64,000 bases of DNA, from contig CAZQKK010000001.1 in the NCBI GenBank assembly GCA_964593885.1, positions 169,929-233,928 on the forward strand, in the 5' to 3' direction. This document shows, one piece after another, positions 49,381 through 60,344 of the stretch. The position numbers and the translations under genes are program-made. Numbering within the stretch: position 1 is the first letter of the stretch; each line of letters begins with the position of its first letter. The DNA is from an uncultured Candidatus Saccharibacteria bacterium (GTDB lineage: Bacteria > Patescibacteriota > UBA1384 > CAILIB01). Under the pieces are notes generated by a model, which saw only the letters and a list, made by a program, of their open reading frames with translations, did no database searches and was not told where the DNA came from.

Positions 49381-50098
49381 GATTTCAGCCGTCATTATCG
49401 CCCGTGACGAAGAGGAAACCATTGAGAGCTGCCTCCGTTCCCTGAAAGGATGCCCGAGCATCGGTGAGTGCATTGTACTCATTGACGATAGAACCACGGA
49501 TGCAACCGAAGTAAAAGCAAAGATGCTAGCGGATGTGGTAAAAACAGCCACCTTCGAAGACTTCTCACAGATGAAGAATGCCGCCCTCGCCCTCGCTACA
49601 AAGCCGTGGTCACTCCTTATAGACGCAGACGAGCAGCTCAGCCCCGAGCTCTCCCACGAGCTTCAGCACCTCAAACCAGAAGGTCACACCGCCTTCCTCA
49701 TTCCTGAAAAGAACTACCTCGGCACCAAGTGGCTTAGGTACGGCGGCCTCTACCCCGACTACCACATCAGGTTATTTAAGACTGGAAGTGCCACCTACAA
49801 GGGAGCAGTCCACGAAACCCTCACCTACGCAGGTTCAACTGGCAAGCTCACCGGTGCCTTCCTCCACGCAACCTACCGCGATAACTCTGAGCTCTTCGCA
49901 AAGGTGAGAAAGTACGCCGCGCTTGAGGGTGAAGGTGTAGCGAAGAGCTTGAAAAAAGCCTACTTCATGGGGGTAAAGCGTTTCTTCGGCGTCTACGTAA
50001 AAGATCTGGGCATGTTAGATGGCGTAGCCGGGCTTACCCACGCGTACGCCCTCGCCTACTACCAGGTGCTGAAGTACCACCCTAAGAGGAAAGGCTAA
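49370..50098 (+). CDS. family 2 glycosyltransferase
   Basis: ISAVIIARDEEETIESCL...LIDDRTTDAT. Start at ATG 49370 (AGGAGT RBS) rather than the ORF-track 49331. Confidence 0.75.
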   Translation: MQGKISAVIIARDEEETIESCLRSLKGCPSIGECIVLIDDRTTDATEVKAKMLADVVKTATFEDFSQMKNAALALATKPWSLLIDADEQLSPELSHELQHLKPEGHTAFLIPEKNYLGTKWLRYGGLYPDYHIRLFKTGSATYKGAVHETLTYAGSTGKLTGAFLHATYRDNSELFAKVRKYAALEGEGVAKSLKKAYFMGVKRFFGVYVKDLGMLDGVAGLTHAYALAYYQVLKYHPKRKG

Positions 50099-50100
50099 CC

Positions 50101-51192
50101 ATGCGTATCGCACAGGTAAGCATCAGCTACAAACCTATCCTTGGCGGTCAAGAGGTCTACATTGATGAGCTCAATGGTGTTCTGGAACAGGCAGGTCACA
50201 CCACCCACACCTTTCAGCGCGATAACGGCTACGTTGACCCCAAGGTAACCCTGGTATCCCACCCAAGCTTCTTGAGGCCAGTCATGGGTTTCAACCTCGG
50301 TCTCCTCAAACACACCAAGTCACTGAAGTCGTACGATAGGTTGGTCATCCACTACCCAGATCACTACCCAACTCTTAACTGGCACAAGGGTGCTGTGGTT
50401 CTCACCCACGGGGTGAACTGGGAACTTGATCCTCCAAAGAAGCGCTCAAGGCGTATCCAGCTCGCCCGCTACGCGCTCAAGCGAGCGCCGATTCTGGTTG
50501 CAAACGATACCCACTTCTACCGCACGCTCGGGATTGAGGTTGCACCTGGTACCCACGCTTTCAGTGAGGTAGCCCCCAACCGCTGGTACATCCCAAACTG
50601 CGTTGATACCACAACCTTTTCACGTACCACCCCCCACCAGAAGCTGCCAGCAGGTAAGTGCATTGTGGTGCCCAGGAATGTCACCCCTGCTCGCGGAGTT
50701 GACCTTGCCGTATCTGCTTTCATCGCTATAGCTGATGAGTTTCCTGAAACTAACCTTGTCATTGTTGGACAAGCTCTCCCAAACTTGGAGTCAGAAGCCT
50801 ACCTCAACGACATCCACGAGCAGGTAGCTGCTGCCAACCTCAAAGAACGGGTGATCTTCCTTGGCTCCATTCCACACCATGAAATGCCAGCTATTTTTTC
50901 AGGAGCTGTTCTCACCGTAATCCCAACCCGCGCTAACGAGGGAACCGCTCTCTCCGCCCTTGAGAGTATGAGCTGCGGCACGCCAACGGTAGTAACTGCT
51001 GTTGCAGGTCTCCAAGACCTCCCTGCCACCCAAGCCCTCCCAACCCCCGATTCCCTGGCTGAGGCAATGCGTGGTGCCCTCCATAACCCAACGGTGGGAG
51101 CGATCCAGCAGGAAACGGTGCGTGAAAGCTTTAACCTTGACCTCTGGGCCAAAGCGTGGCGCAATGTACTTGAAACACCTCCCCATGCGTAA
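50101..51192 (+). CDS. family 1 (GT4-like) glycosyltransferase
   Basis: C-terminal GT-B donor-binding region ...EGTALSALESMSCGTPTVVT. Confidence 0.8.
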   Translation: MRIAQVSISYKPILGGQEVYIDELNGVLEQAGHTTHTFQRDNGYVDPKVTLVSHPSFLRPVMGFNLGLLKHTKSLKSYDRLVIHYPDHYPTLNWHKGAVVLTHGVNWELDPPKKRSRRIQLARYALKRAPILVANDTHFYRTLGIEVAPGTHAFSEVAPNRWYIPNCVDTTTFSRTTPHQKLPAGKCIVVPRNVTPARGVDLAVSAFIAIADEFPETNLVIVGQALPNLESEAYLNDIHEQVAAANLKERVIFLGSIPHHEMPAIFSGAVLTVIPTRANEGTALSALESMSCGTPTVVTAVAGLQDLPATQALPTPDSLAEAMRGALHNPTVGAIQQETVRESFNLDLWAKAWRNVLETPPHA

Positions 51193-52582
51193 GCTCGCCC
51201 AATTTCTCGCCAACCCCACTGGCGCCGTAATCGCTACGGTGCTCGTAGTAGCTATGGGAAGCTACCTCTACTTCAATGGCTTGGGCTTCCTGACCGATGT
51301 CCTGATTGCGCTCGCTACCGCCCTCCTCCTCACCTTCCTCTACGAAAAGCCAGAGTGGTGCCTCTACCTCCTCATCTTCGCCATTCCTTTTAATGGGAAG
51401 GATATTGTTGGACCAATCCGCCTCACTGAGATTGTTACCCTCCTCACCATCATCGTCTTCACATTGAGGTACCTTCGCGGCAAGCAGCCTGATGGGGTAA
51501 GGCCAACATTTCTCTTCCTGGTACTTGGTGCTTTCCTGCTGAGTAACGCCATCTCTGCCTTTGGATCAATTGTGCCCCAGGTATCTGCCCAACGTATCCT
51601 GGTCTTAGGCTACCTGATAACCCTCAGCTTCCTCGTAGGACAGCTTGTGACCAAGCGTGAAGCTCTAGAAAAGCTGGTAAAGGTCTTGCTCATTTCGTTC
51701 ACTACCTTTGGGGTGTACGGCATCGCCCAGTTCCTCAGTCCTTGGTACCGTACCGTCGCCTTTGCTAACGTTTGGAATGTGAACGGACTCCCCCGCGTTA
51801 CCCTCTTCTACGGCGACCCTAACTTGGTTTCAGGCTACATGGTGGTTGCCATCCTGTTCTGCCTCTCGCTCTACCTCAACAACCTCTACCGGAAAGGCTG
51901 GCTACTGAGAATCGCTCTCGTGAGCATGACACTGTCAGTGTTCCTCACCTTTTCAAGGAGTGGCCTGTTAGCGCTTGCGGTAGGGGTAGCCTTCCTCTTA
52001 GCAATGCACCTCCGTCCTACCGTTGTGAAGCGAACGCTTCAGCTCTCAGGTACGGCACTCCTAGTACTTGTTCTTGCCTACAACACCGTGAAGCCAGTGC
52101 AGAAAGTGCTCCAGCCAGTGGTCTTGAGGATTACCCAGATTACGGACACTAAAGTTGAGTCTGTTGGTGCTCGCTTCGTAGCATACGAAACAGCAATTGA
52201 AATGGTGAGAGACCACCCATTCTTTGGGGTTGGTCCTGATGTTTTCCCCTACGAGTACGATGTGAGAACTGGGGTAACTGCTCCCGAGCCCCACGTTGTT
52301 CCCCACAACCTACTCCTTGAGATCATTTCTGAAAAAGGCTTAGTTGGCCTCTCGCTCTACCTCGCTTTCATTCTTACCCTCATCTACGCGGTGAGGCGCT
52401 CGCTTCAGCAACTTACTCCAGAAGAAACCACCACCCGTGCGGTGCTCCAGTGGATTCTCGCCTGGCTTCCTGCCTTCTTCACGCTCACCCTCTTCCTTAC
52501 CGGTATGTACGAGGTCTACTTCTGGTTCCTCACCGGTATCGTATACGCAATTGCTAGTCGGCTACCGTGGCACCAGCAATAG
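51186..52582 (+). CDS. O-antigen ligase/polymerase-like (Wzy_C-type) membrane protein
   Basis: Polytopic protein with ...LTFSRSGLLALAVGVAFL... and a periplasmic loop. Start at ATG overlapping the upstream stop (ATGCGTAAG). Confidence 0.6.
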
Positions 52583-53736
52583 TAAGCTTCGTTACCATCC
52601 TCTTTCTCCCAGCGTATGAGCTGCGTTTCTCGCTTGCTGGTATCCGGTTCAATGCCCTAGACCTCATCCTCCTTGCCGCATCTATCTTCCTGCTCCTCAG
52701 CAATAGGGGGGCGAAACCAACCAACCCACTCCCAAAAAGGGTGATGGTGCCAGCACTCGTACTTACCTTTGCAGCAGCGGTGAGCGTAGCCTTTGCCCCA
52801 GACAGCAGCTCAGCCCTCGGTATCCTCAAGAGCTGGTTCATCCTCCCTACAGTGTTTGCCTACGCCATCTGGCGAGAGGAAATCCCCCTCAAAAATCTGA
52901 GAGCTGCCCTCACTGCAAGTGGTGCCATTGCGGCTACCTACGCAATCTTCCACTTCTACCTCACTGATGCCTGGGTAGACTACGAGGGAGTAAAACGGGC
53001 TGTTGGGTTCTTTAGCCAGCCAAACTACCTCGCCCTCTTCATCGCCCCCATTCTCACCCTCGCCATAGCAGGATTACGTGAGAATACCGGCAAGCTGCAG
53101 CGGAGCTTTACCGTTGCTGCAATCCTCAGCATGGTAGTTGCAGTGATCCTTTCATACTCTCGTGCAGGCATCCTCACCGTTGCCATTTGTATCCCGCTCA
53201 TCGCCCTTTTCCAGTACGGTTGGAAGCAACTCACACTCAGTCTCGGTATCGGAGCGATGCTCTTTGCAGCCGCTTACGCCAGCATCCCATCTTTCCAGAA
53301 ACGCTTTGTCAGCATCTTAGATACCAAGAGTCAGACAACCAGTAGAACGAGGGTGGAGATTACCCAAGCATCCCTCAACATGCTTGAAGCTCACCCATTA
53401 ACCGGGATTGGCCTCGGGGGGTACCAGGATGCATACAGCACCTATAGGATCCCCAATGCCCTCGAGCAAGAGGTGCTCCACCCCCACAACGTCTACCTCG
53501 CTTTCTGGACACAGACAGGAATCCTCGGCCTCTTAGCTTTCATTACCCTTGCAGCCACAGCTTTCCTCAAGAAGCTCAGGAGTAGCAGTGGCGAAGTGCG
53601 TGCGGCAGCACTCGCGGGAGTGAGCATCTTGCTGATCGGCTTCTTCGATACCGCCTACTGGAAGAACGACCTCTCCCTCGTTTTCTGGATTCTCGTCGCC
53701 ATGACGAGCTTTAAAGCAAGGAGCTCCCGTGGGTAA
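52567..53736 (+). CDS. second O-antigen ligase/polymerase-like membrane protein
   Basis: Polytopic, ...LSYSRAGILTVAICIPL... Wzy_C-like region. Confidence 0.6.
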   Translation: MAPAIVSFVTILFLPAYELRFSLAGIRFNALDLILLAASIFLLLSNRGAKPTNPLPKRVMVPALVLTFAAAVSVAFAPDSSSALGILKSWFILPTVFAYAIWREEIPLKNLRAALTASGAIAATYAIFHFYLTDAWVDYEGVKRAVGFFSQPNYLALFIAPILTLAIAGLRENTGKLQRSFTVAAILSMVVAVILSYSRAGILTVAICIPLIALFQYGWKQLTLSLGIGAMLFAAAYASIPSFQKRFVSILDTKSQTTSRTRVEITQASLNMLEAHPLTGIGLGGYQDAYSTYRIPNALEQEVLHPHNVYLAFWTQTGILGLLAFITLAATAFLKKLRSSSGEVRAAALAGVSILLIGFFDTAYWKNDLSLVFWILVAMTSFKARSSRG

Positions 53737-54853
53737 GCTGAGGATTGGCATCGACGCCCGGGTTTGGCGAATTGAGACAGGTGGCATTGCACGCTACACC
53801 CAGGCACTGGTACGAGGACTCCTGGAACAAGACAAGGTGAACGAGTACACCATCATCGTCAACAAGGAAGACGCCAAACACCTCCACATCTCAGCTCCCA
53901 ACCTCAAGGTTCTCAAGGTAAACATCCCCCAGTTCTCGGTGGCAGAGCAGCGTGAGTTTCTCCACATCCTCAACCAGGAGAAGTTTGACCTCGTCCACTT
54001 CACCAACTTCAACCACCCCATTCAGTACCGAGGCAAGTTTGTCGTCACCATCCACGATCTCATCATGTACCGCTTCCCCAGTGGTGCCCAAACCAAGTCG
54101 CTCATCCGTAAGCTAGCGTACCGCCTGATAGTGAGGCACACGAAGCGTGCCCTCAAGGTGATCGTCCCGAGCACCGCCACCGCCGAAGACTGTGTAGCAC
54201 TCCTTGGCCTCAAAGATTCTCAAATGGTGGTCATTCCCCACGGTGGACCAACTCACGTCACCGTCTCACCTAGCGAGATCACCAAGGTTCTCACCAAGTT
54301 TGGTATTGGCAAAGACTACATCCTTTTCGTGAGCAGGTGGGAGCGATACAAGGGTCTCGATACCCTCCTGGAGGCCTTCGCCATCCTTCGCCAATCCTTC
54401 CCAGACCTCACCCTTGTTGTCTGCGGAAAACCTGTTGCCACTAGTCCAGACGTTGCCGGCTTGGTGCGGATTGCCCAAGAGGCAGACCTCAAGGTGGTTA
54501 CCCCAGGCTTCGTCACCGATGCTGAACTAGGCGCCCTCTACCAAGGAGCGAAGGTATACGTGCACCCAAGCCGTTACGAAGGCTTTGGCCTTATGATCCT
54601 GGAGGCCTTCGCTGCGGGCACCCCGGTGGTTACCAGTAACGTTTCGTGCCTCCCAGAAGTTGCGGGAAACGCCGCAGTCCTCGTTAATCCAACAGACCCA
54701 GTTGAGCTTGCTGAAAGCATTAGGAGTATCCTCAAAGACCCCGCCCTAGCTGAAAAGCTACAGCATGCTGGTCTAGCGCGTGCTGCCATCTATACCTGGA
54801 AGAAAACCGCCGCCTCCACCCTCAGTACCTACCTGCAAGCCCTAACAAAGTAG
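53729..54853 (+). CDS. family 1 (GT4-like) glycosyltransferase
   Basis: ...VHPSRYEGFGLMILEAFAAGTPVVTSN... EX7E region. Confidence 0.8.
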   Translation: MGKLRIGIDARVWRIETGGIARYTQALVRGLLEQDKVNEYTIIVNKEDAKHLHISAPNLKVLKVNIPQFSVAEQREFLHILNQEKFDLVHFTNFNHPIQYRGKFVVTIHDLIMYRFPSGAQTKSLIRKLAYRLIVRHTKRALKVIVPSTATAEDCVALLGLKDSQMVVIPHGGPTHVTVSPSEITKVLTKFGIGKDYILFVSRWERYKGLDTLLEAFAILRQSFPDLTLVVCGKPVATSPDVAGLVRIAQEADLKVVTPGFVTDAELGALYQGAKVYVHPSRYEGFGLMILEAFAAGTPVVTSNVSCLPEVAGNAAVLVNPTDPVELAESIRSILKDPALAEKLQHAGLARAAIYTWKKTAASTLSTYLQALTK

Positions 54854-54854
54854 C

Positions 54855-55721
54855 ATGCCCCCACTCCTTAAACTCCTCAGGCCTAGACACTGGATTAAGA
54901 ACTTCCTCCTTGCTGCCCCCCTTGTATTCGCGGGAAGGTTCTTGAGCGTAGACCTGAGTAACCTACTCCTCGCCTTCGTTGCCTTCTGTGCAGTGGCAAG
55001 CAGCATCTACGTGGTAAACGATATTGCCGATGCACCCCAAGACAGGAAACACCCCGACAAAAAACACCGCCCCATTGCCGCCGGCACCGTTTCACCAACT
55101 ACAGGGTGGATTACGGTTGTTGTCCTGCTCCTTGCCGCCACAGCTGTTTCCCTAACACTACCAACAAGTTTCCAGGTCACACTCCTCACCTACGGAATCA
55201 TTAATGCCGCCTACTCTTTCTCCCTGAAGCACAAGCTGATTATCGACGTGATGATTCTCTCATTTGGCTTTGTCCTCCGTGTCATTGCCGGTGGCTTTGC
55301 GGTTGGCATCGCCCTTTCTAACTGGATCATTCTCTGTACTTTCTTCGGAGCCCTCTTCATCGGCTTTGGGAAGCGAAAGAACGAGACAGATATCTTGCAG
55401 GATGAGTCCAGAGAACACCGAAAGGTTCTCGAGAACTACACCACCAGCTTCATCAACCAGCTCCTGGGAACCACCGCCGCAATGACCATCATGAGCTATG
55501 CGCTCTACACCATTGACCCAGCCACCTCCCGCCACTTTGGCACTACCAACTTGGTCTACACCCTACCGTTTGTGGTCTACGGTGTTTTTAGGTACTTCCA
55601 CCTCATGTACAACCGCACCGCAGGTGCTGACCCAACCAAAATTTTCTCGAGAGACCGCGCCATCCAGCTCTGCTTCATCGCCTGGATTATCACCTTCTAC
55701 ATCGTGATTAAACTTGCGTAA
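54855..55721 (+). CDS. UbiA-family prenyltransferase, decaprenyl-phosphate phosphoribosyltransferase-like
   Basis: The N-terminus LLRPRHWIKNFLLAAPLVFAG... and the Asp-rich motif VNDIADAPQDRKHP match the DPPR-synthase subgroup as I recall it. Confidence 0.7.
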   Translation: MPPLLKLLRPRHWIKNFLLAAPLVFAGRFLSVDLSNLLLAFVAFCAVASSIYVVNDIADAPQDRKHPDKKHRPIAAGTVSPTTGWITVVVLLLAATAVSLTLPTSFQVTLLTYGIINAAYSFSLKHKLIIDVMILSFGFVLRVIAGGFAVGIALSNWIILCTFFGALFIGFGKRKNETDILQDESREHRKVLENYTTSFINQLLGTTAAMTIMSYALYTIDPATSRHFGTTNLVYTLPFVVYGVFRYFHLMYNRTAGADPTKIFSRDRAIQLCFIAWIITFYIVIKLA

Positions 55722-55726
55722 ATCGT

Positions 55727-56689
55727 ATGAAGGCAAACTCCCGAGCCGTTTTTCTCTCTATTGCCGCTGCTGCCTGCATCTACCTAGGTCTTGCGGTTTG
55801 GAGCAACTTCCACGATGTCAGTGAAGCATTTGAGCAGTTTACCTGGTGGTACTTCCCAATTATTCTCACGCTCACCTTCAGCAACTACCTCATCCGTTTT
55901 GGTACCTGGCAGTTCTACCTCTCGCGCCTCGGGATTACCTCCATCCCCCGCAGAGATTCCTTCCTCATCTACCTCTCGGGGTTTGCGATGTCGATTACCC
56001 CAGGGAAACTGGGCGAAGTTATCCGCGCGTTCCTCCTCAAGCGATCTCACGGCATTCCGGTAAGTAAGACCGGGGGACTGGTGTTAGTAGATAGACTCAC
56101 CGACCTCGCCGCCCTCGTAATCATCGCCACGGTAGGAGCGATTCAGTTCTCCTACGGCACGAAGCTCTTGGTTGGGGTAGCCATTGCCATCTCGGTGGTG
56201 CTCTTCGTTATTTCGCACCAAGCTACCGCTGAAAAAGTACTAGCTCTCTTGGGTAGGATACCCGCGCTCGGGAAGCGGAGCGAGAAGCTCAATGAGCTCT
56301 ACAAGAGCACGGGCGTACTCCTTCGCCCCAAGAACCTCATTCCCATCCTCATCTTCTCTACTGTTTCCTGGAGCTTTGAGGCCCTCGGTTTCTGGCTAGC
56401 CATGCAAGGCCTAGGACTTGAGACTAGCATCTGGAGTGCCGCTTTCATCTACGCTTTCTCAACCGTTATTGGCGCACTCTCAATTCTTCCCGGAGGCCTT
56501 GGGCTCACCGAGGGGAGCATGGCCGGGCTCCTCGTGCTCATCAATGTTCCTAAGGCTGCTGCCACCGCCACTACCTTCATCATCAGGGTGGCAACCCTCT
56601 GGTTTGGGGTAGCCATTGGCGCCATCTCGCTCGCCATCTTTGAGAAACGCTTCAAGCCCCAGGGTGAAGCTGGTATGATGGCCGAGTAA
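55727..56689 (+). CDS. LPG-synthase-TM / UPF0104-family membrane protein (putative lipid-linked sugar flippase)
   Basis: 8-TM pattern with ...GFAMSITPGKLGEVIRAFLLK... characteristic of the family. Confidence 0.6.
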   Translation: MKANSRAVFLSIAAAACIYLGLAVWSNFHDVSEAFEQFTWWYFPIILTLTFSNYLIRFGTWQFYLSRLGITSIPRRDSFLIYLSGFAMSITPGKLGEVIRAFLLKRSHGIPVSKTGGLVLVDRLTDLAALVIIATVGAIQFSYGTKLLVGVAIAISVVLFVISHQATAEKVLALLGRIPALGKRSEKLNELYKSTGVLLRPKNLIPILIFSTVSWSFEALGFWLAMQGLGLETSIWSAAFIYAFSTVIGALSILPGGLGLTEGSMAGLLVLINVPKAAATATTFIIRVATLWFGVAIGAISLAIFEKRFKPQGEAGMMAE

Positions 56690-56711
56690 GCAACCCGATA
56701 AAACTTCAGCT

Positions 56712-57758
56712 ATGTCAGAATCTAAAACCGTTTTCATTACCGGAGGAGCTGGGTTCCTCGGTATCAACCTTACCCGCCACCTCCTTGGTAAGGGTTACAA
56801 GGTAATCAGCTACGATGTTCTCCCGTTTGACTACCCAGAAAAGGACCAGATTACCGCAGTAAGTGGCGATATTAGAGACGCTGCAGCCCTCAAGAAAGCA
56901 ATGCAGGGAGCTGACTTTGTCGTGCACACCGCAGCCGCCCTCCCCCTCTACACACCAGAGGAAATTTACACCACAGATGTTGAGGGAACCCGTAACGTCC
57001 TTCAAACTGCCTTAGACCTCAAGGTTGAGCGTTTTGTCCACATTTCCTCAACCGCCGTCTACGGTATCCCCGACCACCACCCCCTCTGCGAAGACGACAG
57101 GCTAGACGGAGTTGGACCCTACGGCGAAGCAAAGATCCTAGCAGAGTACGAGTGTCTCAAGTACCGAGCAAAAGGAATGGTTACCAGCATCATCAGGCCT
57201 AAGTCATTTGTAGGACCAGAACGCCTCGGTGTATTTGCCCTCTTCTATGACTGGGCAAAGGACAAGAAAGGCTTCCCAATGATTGGGAACGGCAAGAATC
57301 GCTACCAGCTCCTAGACGTGGAGGATCTCTGCGAGGCAATTTGGCTCTGTCTCACAAAACCTGAGGACAAGGTAAACGATGTCTTCAACATTGGCGCCAA
57401 GGAGTTTACCACCATGGCCGAGGACTACCAGGCTGTCCTTGATGAAGCTGGCCACGGCAAGAAGATTAAGGGTCTCCCCGCCAGTCCAATCATCATGATT
57501 CTCCGTGCCATGGAGGCCATGAAAGTTTCACCTCTCTACAAGTGGGTGTACGAGACTGCCTCAAAGGACTCCTTTGTCTCAATTGAGAAAGCTGAGAGGC
57601 AGCTAGGCTACAAGCCAAAGTACTCAAACAAAGACGCCATGATCCGTAACTACCGCTGGTACGTGGCAAACGTTGAGAAGTTTTCCAAGCAGTCTGGAGT
57701 TACCCACCGCGTGCCATGGAAGCAGGGCGCTCTCGGGTTCTTCAAGATGTTCTTCTAG
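56712..57758 (+). CDS. NAD-dependent epimerase/dehydratase (extended SDR)
   Basis: TGGAGFLG Rossmann motif and a YxxxK-type catalytic region. Confidence 0.85.
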   Translation: MSESKTVFITGGAGFLGINLTRHLLGKGYKVISYDVLPFDYPEKDQITAVSGDIRDAAALKKAMQGADFVVHTAAALPLYTPEEIYTTDVEGTRNVLQTALDLKVERFVHISSTAVYGIPDHHPLCEDDRLDGVGPYGEAKILAEYECLKYRAKGMVTSIIRPKSFVGPERLGVFALFYDWAKDKKGFPMIGNGKNRYQLLDVEDLCEAIWLCLTKPEDKVNDVFNIGAKEFTTMAEDYQAVLDEAGHGKKIKGLPASPIIMILRAMEAMKVSPLYKWVYETASKDSFVSIEKAERQLGYKPKYSNKDAMIRNYRWYVANVEKFSKQSGVTHRVPWKQGALGFFKMFF

Positions 57759-57763
57759 AGTGT

Positions 57764-58435
57764 ATGAAAGTTAAGGCCGAGCTCCACTGCCACAGCGAGT
57801 ACTCAAGGGATAGCTCGGTTTCGCTTGAGGCCATTATCCAGCGGTGTAAAGAAGAGAACATCAGGGTCATCGCCCTCACTGACCACGATGAAATTGCGGG
57901 AGCAGTGCGTCTCAAGGAAATCGCCCCAAAGTGGCTTAAGGTAATTATTGGCGAAGAAATTGCCACCGCCCAGGGAGATGTCATTGGTCTCTTCCTCAAG
58001 GAGCGCATCGCCCCACGCCAGGGCATCAAGCAGACCATCCACCAGATTAAGGAGCAGGGAGGAGTTGTCCTCCTTCCCCACCCTTTCGACAGGATTAGGA
58101 GAGAAGCAGTGGGCGAAGTTACCGCCTCGCGCATTGTGAGAGACATTGATTTCCTCGAGATCTTCAACTCACGTTGCGTCTTTGGGGGCGATAACGCTAA
58201 GGCAACCATCTTTGCAGCGGAACAGAGCCTTCCCGTGTTCGTCGGTTCTGATGCTCACACGCTACCGGAGTACGGGCGAGCCACCAACCTCATGGAAGAG
58301 TTCAGTACCCCAAAAGAGTTTGTGGCAAACCTCAAAGACGCCACCTTTGAAATGAGGAAGTCTCCTCTGAAAGTGCACCTTACCACCAAGTTTGTAAAAA
58401 TTGCGAAGAAACGCGCAAAGAAGCACTCTCACTAG
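57764..58435 (+). CDS. PHP-domain phosphoesterase (possibly CpsB-like)
   Basis: ELHCHSEYSRDS...LTDHD...HP... His/Asp motifs of the PHP fold. Start at the internal ATG. Confidence 0.7.
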   Translation: MKVKAELHCHSEYSRDSSVSLEAIIQRCKEENIRVIALTDHDEIAGAVRLKEIAPKWLKVIIGEEIATAQGDVIGLFLKERIAPRQGIKQTIHQIKEQGGVVLLPHPFDRIRREAVGEVTASRIVRDIDFLEIFNSRCVFGGDNAKATIFAAEQSLPVFVGSDAHTLPEYGRATNLMEEFSTPKEFVANLKDATFEMRKSPLKVHLTTKFVKIAKKRAKKHSH

Positions 58436-58477
58436 CTGACCAACTTCTCTCGTTTTGTCTTCTGCTAGTATGGGCAC

Positions 58478-60292
58478 ATGCGCAGACGCTACCTGGTACT
58501 TACCGCCTTCGTTGCTTTTCTCTTCTTTGCTTCGGTAGCCGCAGCAACAGCTTCCTACCGAAGCCTCGAGTACGTTCTCGTTGGGGTAAGGCAGCTTGAG
58601 AGTGGAAAAAATCTCCTCATCAGCAACCCACCCGAGGCACGGCAAGCTTTCACCAGCGCATCTGCCTCATTCAAGATTGCCTCAGGCATCCTCCTCGCCA
58701 GCCCTTGGTACGGCAAGCTTCTCACCCCCATTCCTCCTTTCAGGTGGCACGTCCAACTCATGCGGGCTAGCAACGAGCTAGCAAAGATGGGTGAGGTAGC
58801 TTTGGTGCTCAGTGAAGATTTCCCAGCTGTTGCCTTAGATCAACCCGACGTCAGCACCTTAGTTAGCCAACTGAGTAGTACCTATGTGAACTGGGAAACG
58901 AGAAACCAGGGAAACCTCAACGAACTTGAACTGAGGACCAAACGCGCAGAGGAAGAACTCTCTCACATTCCTTACTGGGTGTTCCTTGATAAACGCAATG
59001 AAGTTGCATCTATCAGGAACAATCTGAAGACCCTCACCACAGGTATCCCTGAAATCAGAACAACAAGCAGCGAGCTGCAGAGGGTACTTGGCAAGGGTGA
59101 CAGCAATCCTCACCAGGTTGCCGTTCTCTTCCAGAATAGCGCTGAGCTTAGACCATGCGGTGGGTTTCCTGGTAGCTTCGCCTACCTCAATGCGAGTGGT
59201 GGTACCATCAGACAGTTTCAGTTCGGTCCAAACGTCTACAAGCTCGACAGGCCATACGAGCGGGTAAGCGGAAAGACACCCCCCATTCCCCTCCAAACCA
59301 TCACTGCATTCTGGGGCTTCGTGAACAGCTGCTCAGGAGATGGTTTTCTGGAAAGCTACAGCCCGCGCGTCAACGAGATGTTCTCAGCCGCATCCGGCAC
59401 GTCCCCGGAAGGTCTCATCTACGTGAACAGTAGCATTCTCAGCAACCTCCTCGAGATCACCGGTCCGGTCAAACTCCCCAACGGAGTAACAGCAACCAGC
59501 GAAACGATTAGCACCGAACTCACCCGAGAAGTAGAGCTCAACTACTTTAAGAAATCCGAAAACGTGACGGTAAATGAGCCAAAGAGCATCCTCAATGAAC
59601 TCATCCCCGTTCTCCTCAGGCAGCTGAGCAAGCAAGAGAACGTTGGAACCAAGGTTACCACCCTCGTGCAAGATGCCGTTCGTTCAAAGTCTCTCCAGCT
59701 CTGGTTCAAAGATCCTATCCTCATGCAGAGCCTGCGGCCACTCACCCCACGTGACACTCCTATTTCAGGCACTTCCTGGCTCAAGCTCGTAAACTCAAAC
59801 CTTGCTGGCATGAAATCTTCGGAAAAGATGCTCCAGACCACCCACATTGATGTTGCTAAGCCCTTCTTTGGTGAAGAAGCTACCTACACCGTTACAATCA
59901 CGAGAACCCACACTGGGGATGGTATCTGGCCAGACGCCATTAATCGCAACTACCTTGAAGCCTACCTTCCCCCCGAAGCAACCATTACCAAGCAACCCAC
60001 GCCTATTGGGGGTGATTACACCATTGATGGCGGGCTACTCATGCAAAATAAGCTTGTACCAGTTGACCAAAGCTCTGTCAGAATTGAGGATGGTACGGGG
60101 TGGAAACGTATAGGGTGGTGGGCAACTACCGCAATCAGCGGATCCACAAACTACACATTCAGTTACAAGCTACCAATTGCGATCTACCCTCCTGACAGCT
60201 TTGCGTACCTCAAACAGAGTGGAAGTAACGATACACTCGAAATGTTTGGAACAAGCCACATAGTGAGCACCAACCTGTACTTGAAAAGGTAG
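58478..60292 (+). CDS. membrane-anchored extracytoplasmic protein, DUF4012-like
   Basis: N-terminal TM. About 600 aa with the ...LRPCGGFPGSFAYL... motif I associate with DUF4012 proteins of glycan loci. Family assignment is from memory. Confidence 0.45.
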   Translation: MRRRYLVLTAFVAFLFFASVAAATASYRSLEYVLVGVRQLESGKNLLISNPPEARQAFTSASASFKIASGILLASPWYGKLLTPIPPFRWHVQLMRASNELAKMGEVALVLSEDFPAVALDQPDVSTLVSQLSSTYVNWETRNQGNLNELELRTKRAEEELSHIPYWVFLDKRNEVASIRNNLKTLTTGIPEIRTTSSELQRVLGKGDSNPHQVAVLFQNSAELRPCGGFPGSFAYLNASGGTIRQFQFGPNVYKLDRPYERVSGKTPPIPLQTITAFWGFVNSCSGDGFLESYSPRVNEMFSAASGTSPEGLIYVNSSILSNLLEITGPVKLPNGVTATSETISTELTREVELNYFKKSENVTVNEPKSILNELIPVLLRQLSKQENVGTKVTTLVQDAVRSKSLQLWFKDPILMQSLRPLTPRDTPISGTSWLKLVNSNLAGMKSSEKMLQTTHIDVAKPFFGEEATYTVTITRTHTGDGIWPDAINRNYLEAYLPPEATITKQPTPIGGDYTIDGGLLMQNKLVPVDQSSVRIEDGTGWKRIGWWATTAISGSTNYTFSYKLPIAIYPPDSFAYLKQSGSNDTLEMFGTSHIVSTNLYLKR

Positions 60293-60344
60293 CAACTACA
60301 GATAGTCAATCTTACAACTACGAGGCGCATACGCTACTATAGAC

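Noticed and set aside
51002-51185. Long upstream start for the first Wzy-like gene
   Set aside because: It would overlap the preceding GT1 gene by 190 nt in another frame. A start at 51186, overlapping the upstream stop, is more parsimonious.
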